A stretch of 64,000 nt of DNA from an uncultured Candidatus Actinomarina sp. (lineage in GTDB: Bacteria > Actinomycetota > Acidimicrobiia > Actinomarinales > Actinomarinaceae), in NCBI GenBank assembly GCA_902619825.1, contig CACNFT010000003.1:10473-74472 (forward strand). Direction: 5' to 3'. Positions 40,315 through 50,800 of the stretch are shown one piece after another. Position 1 is the stretch's first letter. The number at the start of each line of letters is the position of its first letter. Position numbers and translations under genes: made by a program. The notes under the pieces are model-generated. The model was not told the DNA's origin. It saw only the letters and a program-made list of their open reading frames with translations, and did no database searches.

Positions 40315-40761
40315 ATGGCGAAAAAGAAACGAGAGAAAAAAGTTGTTGGCTGGAAAGAACAAGTTGCTTTACCTGATTTAAAAATAAAAAGTGTAATTGC
40401 AAAAATTGATACTGGAGCAAATTTAGCAACAATTGATGCTGCTGATATTAAGTTTGTTACGAGAAAAGATGTAAAGTACGTAAAATTTACTGTTAAAAAA
40501 AGAAACAACACCGTTAGAAAAACTTCCGCTCCCCTTGCAGGATTTAAAAGAATAAGAAGTTCCAACGGAGATGTTGAAAAAAGACCGTATATAAAAACTG
40601 ATATCTTAATGGATGGAATTACCAAAAATATTGAATTGACTCTTACTGACAGAGGCCCCATGGATTACACAATGTTAATTGGAAGAAAAGCTTTGGGAAG
40701 AAGATGGATTGTAAATCCCTCAATTAGCTTTTTGACAAAACCCAAAAGAAATACAAAATGA
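40315..40761 (+). CDS. RimK-associated retropepsin-like protease (RimB/DUF785-like)
   Basis: VGWKE, AKIDTGA, LTDR..M.Y.MLIGR; overlaps rimK. Confidence 0.85.
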   Translation: MAKKKREKKVVGWKEQVALPDLKIKSVIAKIDTGANLATIDAADIKFVTRKDVKYVKFTVKKRNNTVRKTSAPLAGFKRIRSSNGDVEKRPYIKTDILMDGITKNIELTLTDRGPMDYTMLIGRKALGRRWIVNPSISFLTKPKRNTK

Positions 40762-41660
40762 AGATAGGAATATTATCACAAGACATAAGGTTATATTCAA
40801 CAAAACGTCTTTACGATACGGCAATTAATAGAGGTCATGATACTGAGGTTGTAAGTTATTTAAGATGTTACATGAATATTGCAAAAGCAAAGCCAAGAAT
40901 ATTCTCTGCTGGTCGTGAATTAAATTATGATTCTGTAATACCAAGAATTGCTGCAACGTGGACATTTTATGGTGCGGCTGTTGTAAGACAGTTTGAACTA
41001 ATGGGTTCTGTTTCAGCTAATTCATCAGCCGGAATTAGTAGATCTAGAGATAAATTAAGAGCCTTACAGCTAATTGGAAATACAGGTGTAGAGATGCCAA
41101 TAACTGGTTATGTTCATTTTTCAAGAGATGTTGAAGCTGTTTTAAAAAGTGTAGGGGAACCACCATTTGTTATTAAGTTACTTGAGGGAACTCAAGGAAG
41201 AGGTGTTGTCTTAACTGAAACAATGGATGCTGCAATAAGTGTGATTGAGACAATGAAAAAAATCGATGCAAACATTCTTGTTCAGGAGTTTATCAGTGAG
41301 TCTAAAGGTGAAGATATAAGAGCAATCGTTGTAGGAGATAAAGTAGTTGCCTCAATGAAACGAATTGCAAAACCTGGAGAATTTAGATCAAATGTACACT
41401 TAGGTGGAAGAGTTGATAATTATGATATATCTCCTGAAGAGGAAGAGAGTGCAGTTAAAGCAGCAAAGATTCTTAAACTTGATGTTGCAGGAGTTGATCT
41501 AATTCAATCAAACAGAGGTCCTTTGGTACTTGAAGTAAATTCTTCTCCCGGATTAGAAGGAATCGAAACTGCAACAGATATTGATGTTGCAGATGAAATT
41601 ATTTCATTTTTAGAAGATAAAGTAGAAAACACTGACAAATCAAAACCAATAGATATATAG
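40758..41660 (+). CDS. rimK: RimK alpha-L-glutamate ligase (ATP-grasp)
   Basis: SRDKLR, KLLEGTQG.GV, FRSNVHLGG, LEVNSSPGLEGIE. Confidence 0.93.
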   Translation: MKIGILSQDIRLYSTKRLYDTAINRGHDTEVVSYLRCYMNIAKAKPRIFSAGRELNYDSVIPRIAATWTFYGAAVVRQFELMGSVSANSSAGISRSRDKLRALQLIGNTGVEMPITGYVHFSRDVEAVLKSVGEPPFVIKLLEGTQGRGVVLTETMDAAISVIETMKKIDANILVQEFISESKGEDIRAIVVGDKVVASMKRIAKPGEFRSNVHLGGRVDNYDISPEEEESAVKAAKILKLDVAGVDLIQSNRGPLVLEVNSSPGLEGIETATDIDVADEIISFLEDKVENTDKSKPIDI

Positions 41661-41664
41661 TTTT

Positions 41665-41922
41665 TTAAATATCCATATTTAATAAGATTTTAAGAATATT
41701 GTATTTTAGAAAATTTTTCACAATATTGAATTGACTCAAGATTCCCTCATCTAAAACTTTTTTACCATATAAAACCACGGGTACTCTCAATAAAAATTCT
41801 TCATAACCATCTTCAACATCAACTTTTTGAATAGTAAAAAGGTTTTTTAAATAACCAAGACTTTTTAAACCTTTATCACATAACTCACAATTTTCTGTTA
41901 CGACAATACGTATAGTGGGCAT
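41665..41922 (-). CDS. Glutaredoxin-like protein (DUF836-like)
   Basis: CELC motif and RVPVV cis-Pro motif; start placed at second Met. Confidence 0.65.
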   Translation of the reverse strand: MPTIRIVVTENCELCDKGLKSLGYLKNLFTIQKVDVEDGYEEFLLRVPVVLYGKKVLDEGILSQFNIVKNFLKYNILKILLNMDI

Positions 41923-41939
41923 ATCTCTAATATAGTCAA

Positions 41940-42026
41940 ATGAGACCCTGGACATTAATATTTATAGTTTTGTTAGCTGTCATTATTTTTGTCTCAGGTG
42001 CAATTGTCTTGAATATTATTTCTTGA
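41940..42026 (+). CDS. Putative 28-aa single-TM peptide (not in ORF track)
   Basis: MRPWTLIFIVLLAVIIFVSGAIVLNIIS; fills the gap; TAATAT 6 nt before ATG. Confidence 0.45.
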   Translation: MRPWTLIFIVLLAVIIFVSGAIVLNIIS

Positions 42027-42819
42027 TATCTATTTTTTCGCCATCAACAACACTTATTATTTTTGAGGCATTATTGTTTTTTGCAAAAATTGAAATCATA
42101 CCCCACGAATCAGTGATCAATCCTACTTGATTTACTCCATCGCTTTGATATGTTTCAGACCAGGTCATTTTAATCTCTTGATTTTGAATAATAACACTTA
42201 AGACATCTCCAATACCTTTTCCAAGATCAGTTAATTCATCCGGTGAAATGTTAGTCTGACAATTACCATAATGATCCACCCATAAAACCTCACCCTTTAC
42301 TTCATCATCTTTCTTTTCTGTCAATGGAATCAAATATTGTTGAAGATTCATAAGATCAACTTCCTCACCACAATCTTTGATATCAAGTTGACCTGAGGCA
42401 ATTCCAGCTGCAAAAGGAGAAAATACATCTCTAGCATGAAAGGTGTTCCCGTCACTGGGGATAATCCAATTTTCATTTTCAAGGAGATAAGCTCTTTTTG
42501 CTCCCCCGACAGTTGCACATGCAAGATTTAGTAATCCATTATCAGGTCCTATCATCACTCCCCAATCAGTTTCAATAGCAACAGGTTTTCTTTCCGTCCC
42601 CACGCCTGGATCAACAACCGCCAAAAGAACACCCTGTGGAATGTACTGAATAGCCCTCATCAATAACAAACTTCCATACTTTATATTTTGTGCTGGAATA
42701 CCATGAGAAATGTCGTTGATTTTTAACTCTGAATCAATTCTATTGATCACACCTTTTACAACACCGACGGAACCATCTGATAAACCAAAATCAGATGCAA
42801 ACGATATGATTTTTTTCAT
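42016..42819 (-). CDS. SAM hydrolase / halogenase superfamily (DUF62) protein
   Basis: SDFG..D, VVDPGVGTER, GPDNG, TFHARDVF, DHYGN. Confidence 0.9.
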   Translation of the reverse strand: MKKIISFASDFGLSDGSVGVVKGVINRIDSELKINDISHGIPAQNIKYGSLLLMRAIQYIPQGVLLAVVDPGVGTERKPVAIETDWGVMIGPDNGLLNLACATVGGAKRAYLLENENWIIPSDGNTFHARDVFSPFAAGIASGQLDIKDCGEEVDLMNLQQYLIPLTEKKDDEVKGEVLWVDHYGNCQTNISPDELTDLGKGIGDVLSVIIQNQEIKMTWSETYQSDGVNQVGLITDSWGMISIFAKNNNASKIISVVDGEKIDIKK

Positions 42820-42909
42820 TATTTAATTATAAGTAATCTACTGAACTTAATAAATACTTAATATTTTACGAAGATACATCAAGTAGTGTATTCTGAAATA
42901 ATATTAACA

Positions 42910-43866
42910 ATGAAAAAAGCACTAATAGTCATATTGTTACTTGTACTTGTAGGGGGATATTTCTTTGCTGGTTACAACGTTTACACTCAAGCTACTTTAG
43001 TTGAATGTGCAGTACCTGAAGTAGATCAAAACAATAGACCAGATAATTTTTCTCTTTCCGATAAAGATGTTTTTTGGGATCCTTCAGAATATTTTGTTAA
43101 TGATTATGAAGTTGTAAATATTGAACTTTCAGATGAAAACATAGCCTTAAATTCTTGGTGGTTAGATGCACAAAACAACAATGGCCCTACAGTTTTAGTT
43201 CTGCATGGACTAGGTAGCGGTAAGCACTCTCCGGATATGTTGCTGACTGCAGGAATGCTTTACAAAAATGGATTTAATGTTCTTGCTATCGATTTTAGAG
43301 ACCATGGAGAAAGCACTTGTGAAGACGGATTCCATTCAGCTGGACAAAAAGAATCTGATGATGTTGTTGCGTCTTTAGATTGGATAGTAAATGAAAAAGG
43401 TATTTCAGCAGATAACATTGGTATTTATGGCTCATCTTTGGGTGCATTAGTAGGTTTATTAACTCCCTCAAAATCAAACAATTTCTCAGCACTAGCTGTA
43501 TTGGATGCTCCATTTGATTTTGAAACCCTAGTAAGAGAAGAATTAATCTACCAAGGATTTTCAGAGTTGTTGTGGACACCTCTTTATCATTATGTTTTAA
43601 TCTTCGAGGGTATAAATTTATTAGCAAACAATCCAGAAGACTCTTTGAAAGCAGGAAATAAACAACCAATATTAATATTTAATGGTATGGATAACGATAG
43701 AGTGCTTCCACACCATACTGATGATTTAATTGATTCAGCAACTGAAATTGGAATCGAATTAGAAATTAATCGTTATGAAGAACTTGGTCATACTAGGGTG
43801 TTATATGATTATCCTAAAGAATTTTCTATAAAACTTGTACAGTTCTTTTCAAGGCATCTTAACTAA
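42910..43866 (+). CDS. Exported alpha/beta hydrolase
   Basis: N-terminal TM, LHG, DFRDHGES, GSSLG nucleophile, late Asp/His. Confidence 0.85.
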   Translation: MKKALIVILLLVLVGGYFFAGYNVYTQATLVECAVPEVDQNNRPDNFSLSDKDVFWDPSEYFVNDYEVVNIELSDENIALNSWWLDAQNNNGPTVLVLHGLGSGKHSPDMLLTAGMLYKNGFNVLAIDFRDHGESTCEDGFHSAGQKESDDVVASLDWIVNEKGISADNIGIYGSSLGALVGLLTPSKSNNFSALAVLDAPFDFETLVREELIYQGFSELLWTPLYHYVLIFEGINLLANNPEDSLKAGNKQPILIFNGMDNDRVLPHHTDDLIDSATEIGIELEINRYEELGHTRVLYDYPKEFSIKLVQFFSRHLN

Positions 43867-45080
43867 TGAAAAAAGTAATAACCGGTATAGGTATTTTGGT
43901 ATTGCTGGGGATTTTAGGTGGAGGATGGTTTTTTTCTGGTGTTACTTATGAAGTTGGTTTAAATCCTGAATTTGAAAACACAAGTGAAGTAGGAGTGGCA
44001 GAAGATAGAGTAACAATTGAGAATATCACGCAGGGAACAATCTCACTCAATGTCGAAGAGGAAATGTGGGGTGTCATGTTAGAAGATGGGGTTTATGGTG
44101 TTCTTGGAGCAAATGGAAGTGCCGTTGTAAACAAAATTATTTCTCTCGAAGGCGACATAATTACAAGAGAAATTCTTCAACTTAACGGAAAATTAGAAAT
44201 TGGTGAAAGAGTTGCGTCTTCCGCTCTGTTAAAAATTGAGGATGGAGTTTATAGCATTCTTGGAACAGACGATTATGAAGGAATTGATGAGAGTGGAAAG
44301 TACACTCCTAAATCAGTCTCAAACACTAACTATGAATATATTGAGTATGAATCAGATCTTGGAATGTTTCCAGCATATTTAACCTCTAAAGGTGATACCG
44401 GGGTTGTTATATTTGTTCATGGTTTTAGAGGAGCGTTTGAGAGAGACTTTACGGCTATGCTTCGTGCACCAGATTTTGAAAGTCTTGGTTTTAGATCAAT
44501 GATTATATCTTATAGAAATGATGCTAACGCACCAAAAGATCCCTCTGGTCTATATCAATATGGAGTGACAGAATGGATAGATCTTGATAATGCTATTAAA
44601 TATGTTGAAGAAAATATTAATCCCGAAAAAATAGTGTTGTGGGGAACAAGTGGTGGTGGCGGACCGGTAACAAGTTGGCTCCAAAATAATCCCAATTCAG
44701 ATAGAGTAGATGGAATTATCTTTGAAGCTCCTGTTATAAGTTTTTGGGAAAGTGTTGAAGTTAATGGAAAAGCTAGATATCCATTCATTCCAGAATTATT
44801 TTTTCCTTATATAAAACTTTTCACTGAGATTAGGTATGGTGTAGATTTTGACACCATGGATTTTAGAGATGCATTAGTTAAATCAGAGGTTCCTGTTCTA
44901 CTTTTTCATGGAGATGATGATGAATGGGTACCGGTAGATATGTCAGATTACATTGCTGCAAACAGAAGAACAAATTTTACTTATATAAGAATGTCTAACG
45001 TCGGTCATGTCACATCATGGAATGCTGATCCAGTCAGATATATTTTTGAGATTAAAAAATTTCTTGAATCTTTAAACTAG
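43866..45080 (+). CDS. Exported alpha/beta hydrolase
   Basis: N-terminal TM, VHG, SYRND, GTSGG nucleophile, HGDDD..VP, GH. Confidence 0.85.
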   Translation: MKKVITGIGILVLLGILGGGWFFSGVTYEVGLNPEFENTSEVGVAEDRVTIENITQGTISLNVEEEMWGVMLEDGVYGVLGANGSAVVNKIISLEGDIITREILQLNGKLEIGERVASSALLKIEDGVYSILGTDDYEGIDESGKYTPKSVSNTNYEYIEYESDLGMFPAYLTSKGDTGVVIFVHGFRGAFERDFTAMLRAPDFESLGFRSMIISYRNDANAPKDPSGLYQYGVTEWIDLDNAIKYVEENINPEKIVLWGTSGGGGPVTSWLQNNPNSDRVDGIIFEAPVISFWESVEVNGKARYPFIPELFFPYIKLFTEIRYGVDFDTMDFRDALVKSEVPVLLFHGDDDEWVPVDMSDYIAANRRTNFTYIRMSNVGHVTSWNADPVRYIFEIKKFLESLN

Positions 45081-46205
45081 ACTTTCATATATTTTATTTA
45101 AATTTTTTGAAGTAATCTCCCAATCGTATTGTTTTGATTTCTCTATACAAGCTGATTCAATTTCTTTAAATTTTTTCTTATCATTAAGCAAATTGTTTAC
45201 AAAATTGTTAACATTTCCATCTAATAAATTTTCTGATAAGTAACCATTTTTATTATTTTCAATAACTTCCATCAGAGATCCATTATTTACCGAGAGTACA
45301 GGAACGCCCATCGAGTTAGCTTCAATTGCAACAAGTCCAAAAGTCTCATATTGTGATGTATGTATTAATAATTTTGCTTTATTAAGTAACTCTATAATTT
45401 CTTCTTGAGAAAGGCTGTTTAAAAACTCAACATGTGTTTCTAATTTAAAATTTATTACACTTTCTTTCAGTTCTTGTAAATATTCATTTCCTTTTTTTCC
45501 ACTTGGACCACCAATAAAATAACATTTAAAATTATTTTCTATCTTTCTAAAGCTATTTAGAAATTGAAGAGTTTTTAGTTGTCCTTTTTGTTCTTGTATT
45601 CTTCCTATTGATAAAAAAATATTTTCTTTTTCAACAGATGAATCCGGAGAAAATATTTTTTTATCAACTCCAGGAATAATTTTTTTAATTTTATTTTCGT
45701 CAACATTGTATGTTTCACAAATCAGCATATTTTCAAATTCTGAAGAAGCAGTAACTAAATCAGCTGAGGTCATTACAATTTTTTCACAATCAACTCTTTC
45801 TTTGTTGTAACCATCTAGAAAAACTCCCAAACTATGTGATGTAAAAATTAAAGGTATGTTTAATTGATTTGAGATCTCTTTTGCAACAAGACCTGACAAC
45901 CAGTAGTGTGCATGAATTACGTCAAAACTTTTTAGGTCTAAAGATTCTTCAAGCTTATTTTTAAATTCTTGTAAAAAAACTTCTTTATCTTCGACATTAA
46001 GATCGGATTCAAAAATGTTCAGCGAAATAAATTCAAGATTGTTATCTTTAAAGCTTTCTGCTTTTTCACCTGTTACAACAGTTACATTGTGATTGTCTGA
46101 TAAATGTCTTGAAATTTGTTGAACATAAATACTCATACCTCCGCCATCATTCTTTCCTACTTCATTAAAAGGAGAGGTGTGAAATGCAAGCTGAAGAATA
46201 TTCAT
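45072..46205 (-). CDS. mshA: GT4 glycosyltransferase, D-inositol-3-phosphate glycosyltransferase-like
   Basis: HTSP...G..DGGGM..YV, HAHYWLSG, GRIQ..KG, ETFGLVAIEA. Confidence 0.75.
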   Translation of the reverse strand: MNILQLAFHTSPFNEVGKNDGGGMSIYVQQISRHLSDNHNVTVVTGEKAESFKDNNLEFISLNIFESDLNVEDKEVFLQEFKNKLEESLDLKSFDVIHAHYWLSGLVAKEISNQLNIPLIFTSHSLGVFLDGYNKERVDCEKIVMTSADLVTASSEFENMLICETYNVDENKIKKIIPGVDKKIFSPDSSVEKENIFLSIGRIQEQKGQLKTLQFLNSFRKIENNFKCYFIGGPSGKKGNEYLQELKESVINFKLETHVEFLNSLSQEEIIELLNKAKLLIHTSQYETFGLVAIEANSMGVPVLSVNNGSLMEVIENNKNGYLSENLLDGNVNNFVNNLLNDKKKFKEIESACIEKSKQYDWEITSKNLNKIYESLV

Positions 46206-47023
46206 ACTTTAATTTTTAGATCATATAATTGATGTACTTGACCACCGAAATTAAATTTATATTTTTCCTCACCCTTTAAATAATCGAAATATCTTTTTTT
46301 ATTATTGATACTGTTTTGCAATAACTGATCATTCAAATAAGTCCCCGTATTAAATTCTTCTAAAGAATGATCTCTGCATGAGTTATAAAGATAATCTACG
46401 ATTTCTGACTCGTATACAAAAGCTGAGGAAATCATAGAATCGTTGTAATCAATATAATAAATGTACCAATTTTCCTGTTCAATTAGTGATCTATAGAAAT
46501 TCTCAACTGTTTCAGTCATGTACTTCCCTTTTGCACCTGTGGACTTCTTGTGTAATCTTACAAATTCATCAAAAATATCACTATTTTTACTTTTTTGAAA
46601 AGAGATATCTCCAAATTTATCATTGAATATTCTTTTCTTTCTCTTTAGCTCATGTCTATTTTTTTTAGATAGAGCACTTAGGTATATTTCATAACTTTCA
46701 GGAAGCTCAAGGTATACAGATATATCACTTTTGACAATTTCAATAGAATTAAAAGTGTTTTGGTTTAAGAATTGAGAAATCTGAAAGTAACTAAGCGAAT
46801 CAAATTGAAAATACTCTATTTTCAAGTCCTTGATTTGGTCCTCAGAAAAATAGGGTGTAATTCGATAGTCAGTAAAATCCCTATCAATTTGAAATTCAAG
46901 AGTGTATGACTCTAACTTGTAGTAATCAAAAATAGCTTCTGATTTTGAATTGTTTAATTTTGCACCAGATTGTGTGAACCCGATATCAATAAATGGAGAG
47001 TTTGCTACTAAGTCTTTAACCAC
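46202..47023 (-). CDS. GNAT acetyltransferase (CelD/BcsL-like)
   Basis: LP.SYE.YL..LSKKNRHEL, FDYLKGEEKYK..FG. Confidence 0.75.
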   Translation of the reverse strand: MVKDLVANSPFIDIGFTQSGAKLNNSKSEAIFDYYKLESYTLEFQIDRDFTDYRITPYFSEDQIKDLKIEYFQFDSLSYFQISQFLNQNTFNSIEIVKSDISVYLELPESYEIYLSALSKKNRHELKRKKRIFNDKFGDISFQKSKNSDIFDEFVRLHKKSTGAKGKYMTETVENFYRSLIEQENWYIYYIDYNDSMISSAFVYESEIVDYLYNSCRDHSLEEFNTGTYLNDQLLQNSINNKKRYFDYLKGEEKYKFNFGGQVHQLYDLKIKV

Positions 47024-47028
47024 AAATT

Positions 47029-47772
47029 CTAGAATAATCCATTAATGAGATTTAATACATCTACAAAATACAAAGCAAATAAAAAAGAAACTAAATAATC
47101 ATAAAGATAGATTTGGGTCGTGAGTGTTGAAAAATATTTATATTCTCTTCTGTTTCTCTGAAAGAGAAAATTCATTATCACTGTAAAAATTGATATTAAT
47201 CCTGCTGCAATCAAAACATATTGTATGGTGAAGCCAGAGAACAAACTAACTGTTGAAACAACAAAAAACGATGCAAAAAAATTAAAGAAATATTGATAAT
47301 TGCTAAATTGTATATTGAAAAAAGTTGCCAAAGTTTTTATAAAAAAAAGTATTAGAAACAAAAAAGTTAGAAAATCTAAATTTTCACTAAATGTTTTTGA
47401 AACAAAAAAAGACACTAGAAAAAAAGAAATAAATGTCACTAAATAAGCATTTCCGAATGTAGAAATACTTATATCTTTAAAAGTAAGATAAAAAATACCT
47501 ATCAGGATCGAAATCAAAAAGATCATATTCTTTATTTCGCTAATTTCAATAAATATTGTTGCGACAGGGGAAAAAGAGGTTATGAGTAGTAGAAGAATTA
47601 GTATAAATTCATTATTGGTTGTCCGTAACTCACATGCAAGTAGCTCTAATTGCCAAGCTAGTATTAATCCAACAAAACAAGAGATAATTAAATTTTCGTT
47701 GTTTAAAAAAATTGTTATAAAAATTCCAAAAGTAAGAACTGTCTGGATGTATCTAAGTTGGGTTTGTAACAT
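47029..47772 (-). CDS. Hypothetical polytopic membrane protein
   Basis: Multiple hydrophobic segments; GAGG upstream of ATG. Confidence 0.6.
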   Translation of the reverse strand: MLQTQLRYIQTVLTFGIFITIFLNNENLIISCFVGLILAWQLELLACELRTTNNEFILILLLLITSFSPVATIFIEISEIKNMIFLISILIGIFYLTFKDISISTFGNAYLVTFISFFLVSFFVSKTFSENLDFLTFLFLILFFIKTLATFFNIQFSNYQYFFNFFASFFVVSTVSLFSGFTIQYVLIAAGLISIFTVIMNFLFQRNRREYKYFSTLTTQIYLYDYLVSFLFALYFVDVLNLINGLF

Positions 47773-47802
47773 TATCCTCGCGAAAATTTTACCTAGATAT
47801 GC

Positions 47803-47830
47803 TTGAAAACTAAAGCGATTTGTATATAAT
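47803..47830 (+). promoter_or_regulatory. Housekeeping-sigma promoter of nrdJ
   Basis: TTGAAA (47803-47808), 16-bp spacer, TATAAT (47825-47830). Confidence 0.65.
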
Positions 47831-47836
47831 TAAAAA

Positions 47837-47883
47837 ACACTACATTTAGTGTCAAAAACAGTGGCATATACTACATTTAGTTA
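47837..47883 (+). promoter_or_regulatory. Tandem NrdR boxes
   Basis: ACACTACATTTAGTGT (47837-47852) and ATACTACATTTAGTTA (47868-47883), 31 bp apart, fit the NrdR consensus directly upstream of an RNR gene. Confidence 0.88.
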
Positions 47884-47898
47884 TAAAAAGGAGATATT

Positions 47899-50800
47899 GT
47901 GGCAAAAAATACAGGGCTTAAGATAAATAGGAAATATACCTCACCTGGTGATCCTTACAAAGATATAGTTTGGGAAAAGAGAAGTTCAAGGATAACAAAC
48001 CCAGACGGCTCAGTAGTTTTCGAAATGAATAATGTTGAGATCCCTTCAACCTGGTCTCAAGTAGCTACTGACATAATGGTTTCAAAGTATTTTAGAAAAG
48101 CTGGTGTTCCTCAGACAGATGAAAATGGAAATGAACTTAAAGATGATAATGGTAATGCAGTTCTAGGACCTGAAACATCTTCAAAGCAAGTATTCAACCG
48201 ACTTGCAGAGACATGGAGACACTGGGGTGAAGAAACTGGATATTTTGCATCAACAGAAGACGCTCAGGCTTTTGAAGATGAATTAAAGTATATGCTTGCA
48301 ACCCAGATGGCAGCTCCAAACAGTCCACAATGGTTTAACACAGGTCTAAATTACAAATATGGATTGACTGGGAAACCACAAGGATTTTGGTATGTTGATC
48401 CGAGTACAGGTGAATTAACAGCAGGAGAAGACTCTTACTCAAGACCACAACCGCACGCTTGTTTCATTCAATCTATTGATGATGATCTTGTCAACGAAGG
48501 TGGAATTATGGACCTTTGGGTAAAAGAAGCAAGATTATTTAAGTTTGGATCCGGGACGGGAACAAACTTTTCAAACCTAAGAGGTGAGGGAGAAAAACTT
48601 TCTGGGGGAGGTGTCTCTTCAGGTGTTATGTCATTTCTAAAAATTGGCGATAGAGCAGCAGGTGCAATTAAATCAGGTGGTACAACAAGAAGAGCTGCGA
48701 AAATGGTTATTCTTGATCTTGACCATCCAGATATTGAAGATTTCATTGAGTGGAAAGCTATTGAAGAAGATAAGGCAAGAGCACTAATCAATGCTGGGTA
48801 TCCATCAGACTATAACGGCGAAGCATATGCTACTGTGTCTGGTCAAAACTCAAACAACTCTGTAAGAGTACCAAATGAATTTATAAAAGCACTCGAGACA
48901 GATGGAGATTGGGAACTTACAGCTAGAACTGATGGTTCAACAATGAAAACTGTAAAAGCAAGAGAATTATGGAACAAAATAGCAGATGCTGCTTGGAGAT
49001 GTGCAGACCCTGGTGTTCAATTCAACACAACCATCAATGAGTGGCACACTTCCCCAGCAGGTGGACAAATTAGAGCATCAAATCCATGCTCTGAATACTT
49101 ATTTTTAGACAATACTGCCTGTAACTTAGCAAGTTTGAACTTAGTTAAGTTTTATGATGATGATAACCAAGTATTTGATGTTGCATCATATAAGCATGCA
49201 CTAAGAATTTGGACTGTTGTCCTTGAAATATCCGTTGAAATGGCCCAGTTTCCATCAAAAGAAATTGCTCAAGGATCTTATGACTATAGAACACTTGGTT
49301 TGGGATATGCAAACCTTGGATCCCTATTGATGAGAAAAGGTATTGCGTATGACTCAGAATTAGGTAGAGCTATTGCAGGTGCTTTGACAGCAATGCTGAC
49401 TGGTGAAGCATATAAAGCTTCAGCAGAAATGGCAAGCATAGTGGGACCATTTCCAAAATATTCAGAAAACAAAGAAAATATGCTTCGTGTTATGGGGAAC
49501 CACAGAAAAGCAGCTTATGATTCTGGTGATTATGTTGGAATCAGTCATGATTTATTAGCAATAGATCAAGACTTGTGTCCTGATGATTTACTAAAAGGTG
49601 CACAAGAGTCATGGGATGGTGCCCTTGAACTTGGTGAGGAACATGGATATAGAAATGCACAAGCTACCGTACTGGCTCCAACCGGAACAATTGGTTTACT
49701 CATGGATTGTGATACCACAGGTGTAGAACCAGACTTTGCTTTAATGAAATTTAAGAAACTAGCTGGTGGTGGTTATATGAAGATAGCAAACCAGTCAATT
49801 GGTCCAGCATTGAATGCACTCGGTTACACTAATCAACAAACTGAGGAAATAATTCAATATGTCATTGGATCAATGTCACTAGATGGTGCTCCATTTATTA
49901 ATAAAGAAACACTAATAGATAAAGGTTTGAATGATCAAGACATTGAAAATATTGAAAATTCATTACCTGGTGCATTTGAAATACAACATGCATTTAACGT
50001 TTTTGTTGTTGGTGAAGAAACAATGCAAAGGCTAAATATACAAGAAGAAGAATATACATCTTTTGATTTCAATCTTTTAGAAAAACTAGGATTTACAAAG
50101 ACTGAAATAGCAGAAGCAAACAAATTTATTTGTGGAACTCAAACAATCGAGGGAGCTCTCCATCTAAAAGATGAGGATCTTAGCGTCTTTGATTGTGCTA
50201 ACAAATGTGGAAAAGATGGTGAGAGATTTATTCATTATATGGGCCACGTAAGAATGATGGCAGCAGCGCAACCGTTTATTTCTGGTGCGATTTCAAAAAC
50301 TGTAAATATGCCCAATGAAGCAACAATAGAAGATATTGAAAACTGCTATTTCGAATCTGCAGGTCTTGGTATTAAAGCAATTGCAATTTATCGAGATGGA
50401 TCAAAAGCATCTCAACCATTGTCTGCATCTTCTGATGATGGTGAATCAGAAGAAACTGATCCTCAAGTCTCAGAGATAATTGAAAACGAATCAATGCTAA
50501 TGCACGGAAACTATCCTGCTGGAACAAGTCCAACAAAAGCCTACGCTGGAACGACAAGACCAAGGTTCTTGTTGCCTGAAAGAAGAGAGGGATGGACTCA
50601 AGAAGCAAAAATAGCTGGCCATAAAGTATATCTAAGAACTGGAGAATATCCAGATGGAACACTTGGTGAAGTTTTCATAGATATAGCAAAGGAGGGTGCG
50701 ACACTGAAAGGGGTTCTGGGATGTTTTGCTATTGCAGTATCTAAGGGTCTTCAATATGGTGTTCCACTTGAAGAGTTTGTAGACACTTTCACTTTTCAGA

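Noticed and set aside
42016..42819. Fluorinase/chlorinase
   Set aside because: Retains the Asp-Arg-His pattern (VVDPGVGTER, TFHARD) typical of DUF62 SAM hydrolases rather than halogenases
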